Of a stretch of DNA of 53,971 bases, positions 19,922-28,102 are shown piece by piece (within the stretch, counting starts at the first letter, position 1; each line of letters opens with the position of its first letter). The translations under genes and the position numbers were made by a program. The DNA is from an uncultured Stakelama sp. (GTDB lineage: Bacteria > Pseudomonadota > Alphaproteobacteria > Sphingomonadales > Sphingomonadaceae): assembly GCA_964638925.1 (NCBI GenBank), contig CAZWZP010000001.1:1-53971 (forward strand), in the 5' to 3' direction. Below the pieces are notes generated by a model. The model saw nothing but the letters and a program-made list of their open reading frames with translations. It searched no databases and was not told the DNA's origin.

Positions 19922-21460
19922 TCAGCACTTGTCCTCCAGCGCGCCTGCTGCGGTGCGGCAGACGGCGCGATAGCGCAGCTGCAATACAGACAGTTCGGGC
20001 AGCCCCAGGCCGCGCAGGCGCTTTTCCAGCACCGCCGCATTGGCCACCGGCAAGGGCGTTGCGCGCGGCTGGATCGGCGGAGCGAGATCCCCCAGATCGT
20101 CCCGGCCGATCGGCTGGCTGGATGCGGCGCACGTGACGAACTCGCTCGTGCCGGGGGTTTCCGGCTCGATCGTATAGATGTCGGTCGGCCCCGGCAGGAC
20201 CAGTGTCTCGCGCGGGGCGAGTACGTCGCTGCGCCGGTTCGGATTGGGGAAGATCCGCGTCGAAAGATTGTCGGCATCGGTGTAGAAACAGGTCACATGC
20301 GCATTGCGCACCACGCTGACCGCGAAGCTGGCACGACGATGCGTCAGAATCGTCGGAACATCGCTGTCGGCATCAATGAAATTGGGGCCATAGGGCGCGA
20401 CCCGCAATCCCAACGGATTGGGTTGACGCGCCTCCGCAATCGTCGCCGTCGCGGGTGCGGCTGGCGCACCATAGCGCTCGCCATATAGCGCGTAATAGAC
20501 TTCGAAACTGGGCAGGCCGAGCGGCGGTAAGCGTTGTTGCATCTGGAAGCTCGCAATCGCCTGTCGCAGTTCCTGGCTCATGCTGCCGGTGGGTGCGGGT
20601 CCGCTATAGAGCCCCCGTTCGCGCAATCCCTGCGCGATCAAGCGCAATTGTTCGGGCGATTTCATCCGGTCGAACGCCTTGCGCGCCGCCTGGATCGCCT
20701 GGGGATCGGACTGGGACAGGGTCAGGCAGCGCTGATACGGAACGCCCGACCATGAGCCGATCGACTGGATCAGGGTGAGGTCCACCAGCGCACGGACCGC
20801 CTGCATCGGCCCATCCGCTTTGGCAAAGTCGAGCGCAAGGAAACCGCCGACCACGCCGACGCTCGCACTCAAATCGCCGCCCTTGCTTTTCGTCTTGAGC
20901 GCCATCGAGACGCTCTGGGTCGTCGATGGAATAACCACGCCGTCAATATTCTGCATGAACAGGGTCATGCTGATCACCGAATCGAGCACCTGGCTGCGAA
21001 ACCCCAGGCCGACCGGACCCACGCTGAGACCACCGCCGCCACCGGCCGAGCCCACCGCCTTCTCGAACGCGGTGATCGATCCGCCGACGATCAGCGTGTC
21101 GCCCCCCTGCTTCTTGAGCTCCTCTTTGATCGTACCTTCCGTTGCGATGCGAATCGTGAAGGTCCGGCTGCGTTCCGACATGCGCGCGAGCGCGGCGATC
21201 AGCATGTCGCGCGTGCTGACCCCGACTGTCTCCTCCTTGTCCAGCGGAGCAACGAAGATCGGGATATTCTTGGCGTAAGCGGATCGCTCCAACAGTTCGT
21301 CCATGCACCGCAAGGACGCATCGAAGTTCGAACTCGCCGATTCGGGAATCGACTTGGGTCGCGAATAAGTGGTGACCGCCTGTCCGGCAGCAACGGGCAT
21401 CGGGGGCAACATCAATGCAACCAGCGAGAGCATCGCTGTCGCAACCTTCACTGTTCGCAT
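19922..21460 (-). CDS. CsgG/HfaB-like domain + PG-binding domain + DUF4384-like domain protein
   Basis: Signal peptide; LRCMDELL, IVGGSITAFE, AVRALVDL (CsgG/HfaB-like); LRQAIASFQMQQRLP.G (PG_binding_1-like); C-terminal HVTCFY...RIFPN...EFVTC (DUF4384-like). Confidence 0.7.
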   Translation of the reverse strand: MRTVKVATAMLSLVALMLPPMPVAAGQAVTTYSRPKSIPESASSNFDASLRCMDELLERSAYAKNIPIFVAPLDKEETVGVSTRDMLIAALARMSERSRTFTIRIATEGTIKEELKKQGGDTLIVGGSITAFEKAVGSAGGGGGLSVGPVGLGFRSQVLDSVISMTLFMQNIDGVVIPSTTQSVSMALKTKSKGGDLSASVGVVGGFLALDFAKADGPMQAVRALVDLTLIQSIGSWSGVPYQRCLTLSQSDPQAIQAARKAFDRMKSPEQLRLIAQGLRERGLYSGPAPTGSMSQELRQAIASFQMQQRLPPLGLPSFEVYYALYGERYGAPAAPATATIAEARQPNPLGLRVAPYGPNFIDADSDVPTILTHRRASFAVSVVRNAHVTCFYTDADNLSTRIFPNPNRRSDVLAPRETLVLPGPTDIYTIEPETPGTSEFVTCAASSQPIGRDDLGDLAPPIQPRATPLPVANAAVLEKRLRGLGLPELSVLQLRYRAVCRTAAGALEDKC

Positions 21461-21479
21461 GTTGCCCCCAATACCCCGA

Positions 21480-21809
21480 TTACTTGCCTTTTCGCATATG
21501 CGCCGGGCAGGCGCTACCCGAAACGACGGTGAGATTGCCGACATGAGTCGGCTGATTGGAGTCGGTGCCGATGTTCACATCGCCGTCCTGACAGATCGTC
21601 TGCGGCCGATATTGCTGGCCGCCGGCCATCGAACGGGCACGATAGATCTTCGCCTGTTCGCTGGCGCCGACCAGGGCCGATACGGCACCTTCATTTCCCG
21701 GCGGCGTCGCCTGGCGCTGCTGCCGCTGCGCCTGTTGCTGGAATGCAAACTGGGCATTGGCAGGGGCGATGCTGGCGACGATCAGCAAGGGGAGGAGAAG
21801 GTTCTTCAT
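21480..21809 (-). CDS. Small exported protein (109 aa) with Gln-rich N-terminus and two Cys
   Basis: Real start MKNLLLPLLIVASIAPANA-Q inside a longer track ORF; AAAGGA RBS. C-terminal CQDGDVNIG...VGNLTVVSGSAC. Confidence 0.75.
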   Translation of the reverse strand: MKNLLLPLLIVASIAPANAQFAFQQQAQRQQRQATPPGNEGAVSALVGASEQAKIYRARSMAGGQQYRPQTICQDGDVNIGTDSNQPTHVGNLTVVSGSACPAHMRKGK

Positions 21810-21846
21810 GGCTGGATTCCTTTCGATGGGTGAAACGGGCTGCGGA

Positions 21847-22365
21847 TCAGCAGACCGCGCCGGACGTGCCGATGCGGACGCGCGGGCGCGAGTAGAGCCC
21901 GAAATTATAGGCCACCACGGTTCCGGCGGACCCGCTGGCGCGGCTCCCGCCGGCGCCGACTGCCCCCACCGCGACGCAGGTGGACGTGCCTGGCAATGGC
22001 GACAGGGCCACGACCGAACCCGCGCTGCCCCGGGCGCTTGCCGATCCGCTGGTACGGGCACCCGAGATCGTCCCGACCAGCGTCTTCGCCCGGGCACCCG
22101 CACTCAGCGCAACAGCGGTCTGCGACCCCACCGTCGCGCTCGCGGTCGCCGATCCCCCGGTGCGGGTGTCGGCGATGGTTCCGGCCGCGTTGGTCGCGCT
22201 GGTGCCATGGCCGATCGCGACCGTGGTCTGGGTGCCGGTCTGGGCGCTTGCCGTCGCCGACCCGCCGATCCGGACGCTGCTGCCGTTGAACTGGGCGAAC
22301 GCGGCGGGCGAGGTTGCCGCCAGCGCTGCGATGGACAGAAGCAGAAGAGAGAATGTGGATCGCAT
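21847..22365 (-). CDS. Exported Gly/Ser/Ala/Thr-rich protein with 3-4 imperfect ~36-aa beta repeats
   Basis: AAGGAGG RBS; signal peptide AFA-Q. Repeats SVRIGGSATASAQTGTQTTVAIG..GTI, DTRTGGSATASATVGSQTAVALS..GTI, GARTSGSASARGSAGSVVAL. Confidence 0.8.
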   Translation of the reverse strand: MRSTFSLLLLSIAALAATSPAAFAQFNGSSVRIGGSATASAQTGTQTTVAIGHGTSATNAAGTIADTRTGGSATASATVGSQTAVALSAGARAKTLVGTISGARTSGSASARGSAGSVVALSPLPGTSTCVAVGAVGAGGSRASGSAGTVVAYNFGLYSRPRVRIGTSGAVC

Positions 22366-22592
22366 GTCGATGCCTCCTTGTTGGTAACATACGGGGCATG
22401 GCGGGGACGATGCGCGGATTGGGCGGTCGGCGTCCAAATCCATCATCTGGCAATCGCGCACGACGCATTTTTCGATGTCCGCGCATTTTTTTGCACAGCC
22501 CGCAAATCCTCCCCCTCATGTCAGCGTCGAGGCCGAGAGGGACTTGGCCACCGCGGACCCGCCAGGGCCGTGACCACCAAGAGGAGGTTTTT

Positions 22593-22916
22593 ATGAAGAC
22601 GTTTCGTTTCGCCGCAATCTCGTTTGTCGCCCTGATGCTGGCCAGCCCCGCAGCGGCACAGATCAACGGCAGCAGCGTGAAGATCGGCCGTGATGCCAAT
22701 ATCAGCGTTCAGCAGGACGGCCCGGTGACCACCGTCGCGATCGGGTCGAAGGCCGAAGCCCACACCGCCACCGGCGTGGTTGCAGGCGACGTCACTGTGG
22801 GACGGGATGTCAACATCAACGTCCGTCAGAAGGGGCCGGTGACCACGGTCGCAATCGGGTCGGAGGTCCGCGCCACTACCGCGACCGGCGTGATCACCTC
22901 CAAGCCGCTCTGGTAA
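22593..22916 (+). CDS. Exported 107-aa protein with two 38-aa beta repeats; paralog of 21847-22365
   Basis: GAGGAGG RBS; signal peptide AAA-Q. Repeats SVKIGRDANISVQQDGPVTTVAIGSKAEAHTATGVVAG and DVTVGRDVNINVRQKGPVTTVAIGSEVRATTATGVITS. Confidence 0.85.
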   Translation: MKTFRFAAISFVALMLASPAAAQINGSSVKIGRDANISVQQDGPVTTVAIGSKAEAHTATGVVAGDVTVGRDVNINVRQKGPVTTVAIGSEVRATTATGVITSKPLW

Positions 22917-22922
22917 TCGAGC

Positions 22923-22960
22923 GCCGCCCCGTCGGGTAAAACCGGCGGGGCGGCCCTTTC
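22923..22960 (+). terminator. Probable intrinsic terminator
   Basis: Stem GCCGCCCCGTCGG / CCGGCGGGGCGGC followed by CCTTT, just after the stop at 22916. Confidence 0.65.
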
Positions 22961-23096
22961 AGTCCGGCAATCATTCCCGTGAATAGTTCAATTCGGAACG
23001 TGGAGCGATTCGGATCTTGATCCGCAATGCGCCATATTGACTTCCACACCGTGGTGTCGGACCCTCGATTGGACAAATTCGCAAGGGGGCGGCGAA

Positions 23097-24005
23097 ATGG
23101 GAACCAACGAAGAGCAATGGCTTACTTATCGGTGGCCATATCTTCGTGACGCCATCCGCGCGATTTTCATGCGTCATTGTGACATGGCGATCCGGGATAT
23201 TGTCACTTCAGGCACTATTTCAGGCGTGAGCTGGAAGGATTTGATCGCGGCGGCGCTCGCCGAGCTGAGCCGCCAGCGACCGGCCCGTCCGGACCTGTGC
23301 GCCGCGGCGCTGGACCTGCTTGCAGAGCCCGCCCCCCTGCGCACGGCGCTGGAGGACGGGCGCAAGCTGCTGATGGCGGACGATAGCGGGGCTGCGCGCA
23401 TCCACCTGATCAAGCGCGGCCTTACGCGCATCCGCAACATCCGGATCGGCGGCACCGAGCATCGCGGTCGGACCTGGGCGCTACTCGACCGGATCAGCCG
23501 GGAAGTCGCTTTGGCCCAGGCGGCCGACCATCGCTATGATCTCGACCGCTGTTCGAAGGGCCATTTCATCGACCTGCTCGACTATCTGCGGGCGAACCAT
23601 GCGCACGACCGCAATCTTCCCCGGACGCTGGAAGGAATCGAGGACTATTTCCAGGAGTTTTGCGGCGACTGTCGCGACGCGCCGCTGGAAGACGGCATTG
23701 AGGGGCGCGCCGGTTCCGATATTCTCGCCTTGCCCGATGCGGCTGCCCAGGGTGCGCGACTGGAACTCTGCCTTGAGGGTCTGGCAGCGGAGGAGCGCGA
23801 ATATATAGCGGTCAAATTCGAACTGGACCGGTCGGCGCCCGGGACCAGCGTGCTCGCATTTTGCACGCGTCGCGGCATCGAACGCACCCGGTTCGGACGC
23901 ATCGTCCAGGGCGCACTGCAAAAACTCAATGCCTGCCTGACGGGCAAGATCGAGCAGGATTATCCAGATCTGCTCGGATTCCGTTCAGCATGGCAAGACA
24001 TTTAG
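23097..24005 (+). CDS. Divergent sigma-70/ECF-like factor (region-4-like C-terminus)
   Basis: C-terminal LELCLEGLAAEEREYIAVKF...SVLAFCTRRGIERTRFGRIVQGALQKLNACL fits the sigma region 4 pattern; region 2 not clearly recognisable. Confidence 0.6.
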   Translation: MGTNEEQWLTYRWPYLRDAIRAIFMRHCDMAIRDIVTSGTISGVSWKDLIAAALAELSRQRPARPDLCAAALDLLAEPAPLRTALEDGRKLLMADDSGAARIHLIKRGLTRIRNIRIGGTEHRGRTWALLDRISREVALAQAADHRYDLDRCSKGHFIDLLDYLRANHAHDRNLPRTLEGIEDYFQEFCGDCRDAPLEDGIEGRAGSDILALPDAAAQGARLELCLEGLAAEEREYIAVKFELDRSAPGTSVLAFCTRRGIERTRFGRIVQGALQKLNACLTGKIEQDYPDLLGFRSAWQDI

Positions 24006-24014
24006 GGTCATTTC

Positions 24015-24575
24015 ATGGACGAGAACCTATCGCGGTTGCTGGCGGCAACCCTCGAATATCAACACGAGCCCGATATCGCGTTCGACGATCTTGCATTTGC
24101 ACGATCCGTCCGCGACGCGATGGCGGCGGGCACCGCCGAACAGGATTTCCCGGCGGAGGTGACCCAGCTGATCTGGCGCTCCCCGACAGCGCGGTCGATC
24201 TTCCTGCAACTTCGTGCCGAAGTGGCAGCGTCCGCCCGGCGGCGCTGGCGCGAACGCGGCTTTTCGACCGAGCTGATCCGCATGGCGGCCGACAGCGCTT
24301 CGGACGAGAGCGAGACGTTCAGCAACGGCGGCATCGCGATGCACAGCGTTCGCAACGCGGCGACCGGCCGGTGGCTGATTTCGGTGCGCCTGACAGCTGA
24401 GGCGCTCGACGATCTCCCGCCCTGTCTGAGAGTCCGGGTGACCGATCGCGGCGGCAAGGTCTGGCTGGAAGGGGTGCTGGACCGCCATGGCGGACTCGAT
24501 GGGTTCTGGGATGACCCCGAAACCACTCCCCGCGAGCGGGCCAGAGCCTATGGGCTCAGTTTCGATTTCCTCTGA
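24015..24575 (+). CDS. Hypothetical cytoplasmic protein, candidate anti-sigma factor
   Basis: 9 bp after the sigma-like gene; helical N-half, RMAADS linker, beta-rich C-half, no TM. Function inferred from context only. Confidence 0.5.
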   Translation: MDENLSRLLAATLEYQHEPDIAFDDLAFARSVRDAMAAGTAEQDFPAEVTQLIWRSPTARSIFLQLRAEVAASARRRWRERGFSTELIRMAADSASDESETFSNGGIAMHSVRNAATGRWLISVRLTAEALDDLPPCLRVRVTDRGGKVWLEGVLDRHGGLDGFWDDPETTPRERARAYGLSFDFL

Positions 24576-24580
24576 CCGCC

Positions 24581-25678
24581 ATGCCCAGCAGTCCAAGTCG
24601 TTCGGTCACCTTTCCCGTGGTGGGACCACGGGGCGTCGCCTTTGCCGAGGTGCATGTCGAGCGACTTGCCGCGCTGAACCGGAGCGAACGCTTTGCAATC
24701 GCCCCGGGTTTTCCCGATGTGGTCGACATCCTGCTCGACGCCCGCGCGGATGACGATGCCGCACGCCGACTCGACGGCGTGACAGTGGTGTTCGGCGGGG
24801 ATCGTTTCAGCGGGCGCAGCTATGGATTGGCGCTGGCAATCGCCGATCAGCGCGCGCGCACAACGGGGGCACCGGACAGCCCCGTCATCGCCACCGGGGT
24901 GATCCCGGCACGCGGCCGGGGCGTGATCGCGGCGGTGGAGGGATTCGCCGCCAAAAGCGAGGCGGTGCTTGACCATGTCGCAACAACCGCCGTCGCACCG
25001 ACCTTCGCCTTTCCCAGGGACAATTGGGACACCGCCCCGCCCGAGCTACGCGCGCGCCTCGAACTGGCCCAGTCGTCGGGAGCGCTCACACTTCTGCCCT
25101 GCGCGAATGTGGGGGATGCAGCGCGACTATGGCGCGTGGTCGATCGCAGACGTCGGCGGCGGCACGCGACGCTGGCAGCAATGCTCGCAACGTTGCTGCT
25201 GATCGCAGGGACATGGGCATGGTGGTACGCCAGCCTGACGCCGGTGCGTGCGTGCGAAACGGCAATTGGCGCGATTCCGGAGACTGGTGCCGCCCCGGAG
25301 TTGGTAGCACGCGCGGCGCGGGCGTGCGACCAAGCCGTTGCACGGTTCCCGGACAATGGTCGTATACAGTTCCTGCTCGGACAGGTTCGTGCCTATGATG
25401 GAAGCGAGATGCGCGCCGCACAGGCCTGGCACCGGTCTGCGGAGCTGGGCGATATGGACGGCATGGCGGCGCATGGCCGCCACCTCTGGCATTCCGCGCA
25501 AGGCAATGGGGCTCAACGGACAGAGGCGCGTCGCTGGCTGGTTCAGGCCGCCGCCGCAGGATCTCCGGACGCGGCCGATGATCTTGGCTATATGGCAATT
25601 GACGCCGGGAAGGCCCAAGAGGCACAACAATGGCTCGCGCGAGCACGGAAATTGCGCGAAGCGCGGGAGGAACCATGA
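24581..25678 (+). CDS. Membrane-anchored Lon (S16)-like protease with C-terminal Sel1/TPR repeats
   Basis: FSGRSYGLALA (Ser80), IATGVI, VEGFAAK (Lys125) match Lon GPSAG / MTGEI / IGGLKEK. RRRRR followed by a TM helix; Sel1-like WHRSAELG, WLVQAAAAGSPDA. Confidence 0.75.
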   Translation: MPSSPSRSVTFPVVGPRGVAFAEVHVERLAALNRSERFAIAPGFPDVVDILLDARADDDAARRLDGVTVVFGGDRFSGRSYGLALAIADQRARTTGAPDSPVIATGVIPARGRGVIAAVEGFAAKSEAVLDHVATTAVAPTFAFPRDNWDTAPPELRARLELAQSSGALTLLPCANVGDAARLWRVVDRRRRRRHATLAAMLATLLLIAGTWAWWYASLTPVRACETAIGAIPETGAAPELVARAARACDQAVARFPDNGRIQFLLGQVRAYDGSEMRAAQAWHRSAELGDMDGMAAHGRHLWHSAQGNGAQRTEARRWLVQAAAAGSPDAADDLGYMAIDAGKAQEAQQWLARARKLREAREEP

Positions 25679-26175
25679 TCTACGCGGCGATCTATCCGGC
25701 GCTCGCGTCCCTGCTCGTTTCAGCGATGGCGATATCCGGAGCTGTTCATGCCCAGGATGATGCACGCGGATTGACTGCGTCCAGATCAAGCGCACAATCC
25801 CCCGAAGCGGCCGCCATCGGGCTCGTTGCCCGTCTCGACCGCGCCGACCCGACTTATGCCGTGGGAGAGGAGCTGCGGCTGACGATCACCACCGCGCGGG
25901 CTGCCTCCATCGAAGTCTGGGAACTCGACGCCAAGGGCGTGCTGAGCAAGATTCTTCCGGCCGTCGGCCATACCCTCGACACCCAGCCAAACACGCCGAT
26001 GACTCTCCCGCCGCACGGCATGAACCTCAGGGTCGGCCCGCCCAAGGGCGTATCTGAACTTCATATCATCGCGCGTACGCCCGTGGCGACATCACGCTCG
26101 ATCGGCAATGCGGGAGCCAAGTTCTTCGCCAAATCGCTTCGTGCAGAAGTGCGACTAAAATACACAATCATGTGA
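25675..26175 (+). CDS. Exported DUF4384-like protein
   Basis: ATGA overlap; signal peptide; YAVGEELRLTI, VWELDAKG..SKILP, VGPPKG.SELHIIA. Confidence 0.75.
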   Translation: MIYAAIYPALASLLVSAMAISGAVHAQDDARGLTASRSSAQSPEAAAIGLVARLDRADPTYAVGEELRLTITTARAASIEVWELDAKGVLSKILPAVGHTLDTQPNTPMTLPPHGMNLRVGPPKGVSELHIIARTPVATSRSIGNAGAKFFAKSLRAEVRLKYTIM

Positions 26176-26256
26176 TTGCAGTCCGTCGCCCGGCATTTCA
26201 GCCCCGGGCAGCAACGAGACGCCCCAGCGCAGCGCGGAGCGACGGCCTGCGCGCAT

Positions 26257-27024
26257 TCACGTTGCAGCTACCATCCGGGCGATCGTTTTGGGTGCAATTC
26301 GCAGCAGCGTCGGGAGGAACCGTGTTGCGCCGATCAGCGCGACGCGTTCGCGGCGAGCGAGACTGTCAAGCGTTGCGGCCGCCACCTCCTCAGCAGAAAC
26401 TTTACGAACATTGCGGTGCGCCGTGGCCGGCGTATCGACGACCGGCGGGATCACTTCGAGCACATGCATGCCGCGCGGTTCAACCTGGCGCCGCAGCGCC
26501 TCGGCAAATGCGTGCAGCCCGGCCTTCGCGGCACCATAGGTCGGCGCACGGGTCGGCGATACGAGCGCATAGCCCGACGAGATAAAGACCAGCGCTTCAA
26601 TCTCCGGGCGCACGGCCAGCGCCTGCGCGGTGAGTTGCACGGGCGCGATGAGGTTGAGTGCAAATTCGCCCGTGAGATCGTCGAGATCGACGCCCCCCGT
26701 CGCGAAATCACGCTCGGTCAGGCGACCCGCATTGCTGACCAGGATATCGAGCCGACCGAACCGCGCCACCACCTGATCCAGCACATGCTTCTGCGCGACC
26801 GGATCGCGAACGTCCGCTGGAATTGCCAGCGTTGCGGGATAGGCGGCTTCGAACATGTCAAGGCACGCGGGCGACCGCGCGCAAATCGCGACCTGAGCGC
26901 CCTCGCGCAGAAACGCCTTGGCCAGCGCGAGTCCGATGCCGGAAGTGCCCCCGGTAATCAGCGCAACCTTGCCGGCGAATCGTTGATGGACGGAAATCAT
27001 CGCTTTGGCGTCTCGTGTGGACAT
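26257..27024 (-). CDS. SDR oxidoreductase (DltE-like)
   Basis: ITGGTSGIG, SNAG, YGAAK. Confidence 0.92.
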   Translation of the reverse strand: MSTRDAKAMISVHQRFAGKVALITGGTSGIGLALAKAFLREGAQVAICARSPACLDMFEAAYPATLAIPADVRDPVAQKHVLDQVVARFGRLDILVSNAGRLTERDFATGGVDLDDLTGEFALNLIAPVQLTAQALAVRPEIEALVFISSGYALVSPTRAPTYGAAKAGLHAFAEALRRQVEPRGMHVLEVIPPVVDTPATAHRNVRKVSAEEVAAATLDSLARRERVALIGATRFLPTLLRIAPKTIARMVAAT

Positions 27025-27061
27025 TGGGGTTCCTGATGGATTGCTGACTGCGCGGCCTGGG

Positions 27062-27268
27062 CTATTCTCGGTAACCGCGCGGAAGCAGGCTGAGGCAGGT
27101 GACCGCACCGAGCCCGGCGATCACGGCAGCGATGATCAGGTTCTGCACCGCCGCCATGACCGTCGCGGTGACCATCGGGAACAGGCCCAATATGCCGATA
27201 TATGTCCGGACTTTGGGGTCTGGTGGCGTAGGCCGATCGTACCGAACGTGATTTCGGATCGGGAACAT
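27062..27268 (-). CDS. Small membrane protein (68 aa, two hydrophobic segments)
   Basis: Co-directional between the porin and SDR genes; hydrophobic hairpin. Confidence 0.45.
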   Translation of the reverse strand: MFPIRNHVRYDRPTPPDPKVRTYIGILGLFPMVTATVMAAVQNLIIAAVIAGLGAVTCLSLLPRGYRE

Positions 27269-27385
27269 GTGCGCAAGTCTCTCTGATAATGCTGGATGTG
27301 AACGCCGACTTCACCGGCAGCGGGCGCGGGCGTCTGCGCCAGGCAGTATTACGCCCGCGCCCCGTTGAAGGAGGGCGGCCCCGGC

Positions 27386-27979
27386 CTAGAACCGGAAAGT
27401 AACCCCGGTCAGCACCTGGTGCCGGTCGTACAGACCGTCGCCGTCGCTGAGGTCGGAATAGCGATATTCGAGCCGCGCTGAGATCTTGTCGGTAACCTTG
27501 CGCTCAAGTCCACCGCCAATCAGCCAGCCGTTGCGGTCTTCAGAGGCGCTGTAGGATTCCGTCGTGACGTTGAGGCGCTCATTGGCATAGCCGCCGCGAC
27601 CGTAGATCAGCGTCTCTGGCGTAACGAGATAGCCAGCCCGGGCAGTGAGATCGAACGAACGCTTCGGGTTCAGCAAGACCTGGTTGGCACCGCTTCCGCT
27701 GCTCAGCGTGTCGCTGGTTCCGAAGCTCGCCCCGATCTCGCCACCGATGACGAATTTCCCGATTTCCTTATCGTAGGCAACAAAACCGCCGATGACCGCA
27801 GAGTCCTTCGACGTGTCGATCGTCGTCAGGCCGAGGTCGGTTTCCGGATTGCGGACCTTGTTCTCAACCCACCCGGCCTGAACGCCCACCGACGGGCCAT
27901 CGAAATTCTGTGCGTGTGCCACGCCAGTGACAGGAAGGGTGGCAAACATGGTAAGCATTGCGAACGAAACGGTCTTCAT
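27386..27979 (-). CDS. 8-stranded outer-membrane beta-barrel (Omp25/RopB-like)
   Basis: Signal peptide, FDGPSVG, ARAGY, GGGLE, ARLEYRY, terminal F. Confidence 0.9.
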   Translation of the reverse strand: MKTVSFAMLTMFATLPVTGVAHAQNFDGPSVGVQAGWVENKVRNPETDLGLTTIDTSKDSAVIGGFVAYDKEIGKFVIGGEIGASFGTSDTLSSGSGANQVLLNPKRSFDLTARAGYLVTPETLIYGRGGYANERLNVTTESYSASEDRNGWLIGGGLERKVTDKISARLEYRYSDLSDGDGLYDRHQVLTGVTFRF

Positions 27980-28102
27980 ATTACTTTACCTTGGTTAAAC
28001 GCATACAAATAGCGAATGTATTTCTGAAATTGCCGATCAGACCGGCTCATGTGTACGATCATTGTTGCTTCTATGATTTGTCTCGATCCCCTTTGAAGAT
28101 GA

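Noticed and set aside
22680-22895. Tandem ~114-bp nucleotide repeat as a possible CRISPR or VNTR
   Set aside because: Two degenerate copies fully explained by the 38-aa protein repeat. No CRISPR array or cas gene was seen anywhere in the window.
21847-22916. Calling the repeat proteins csgA/csgB, fapC or hfaA
   Set aside because: Repeat length and residue pattern do not match the curlin or Fap consensus, so only an analogy is supported.
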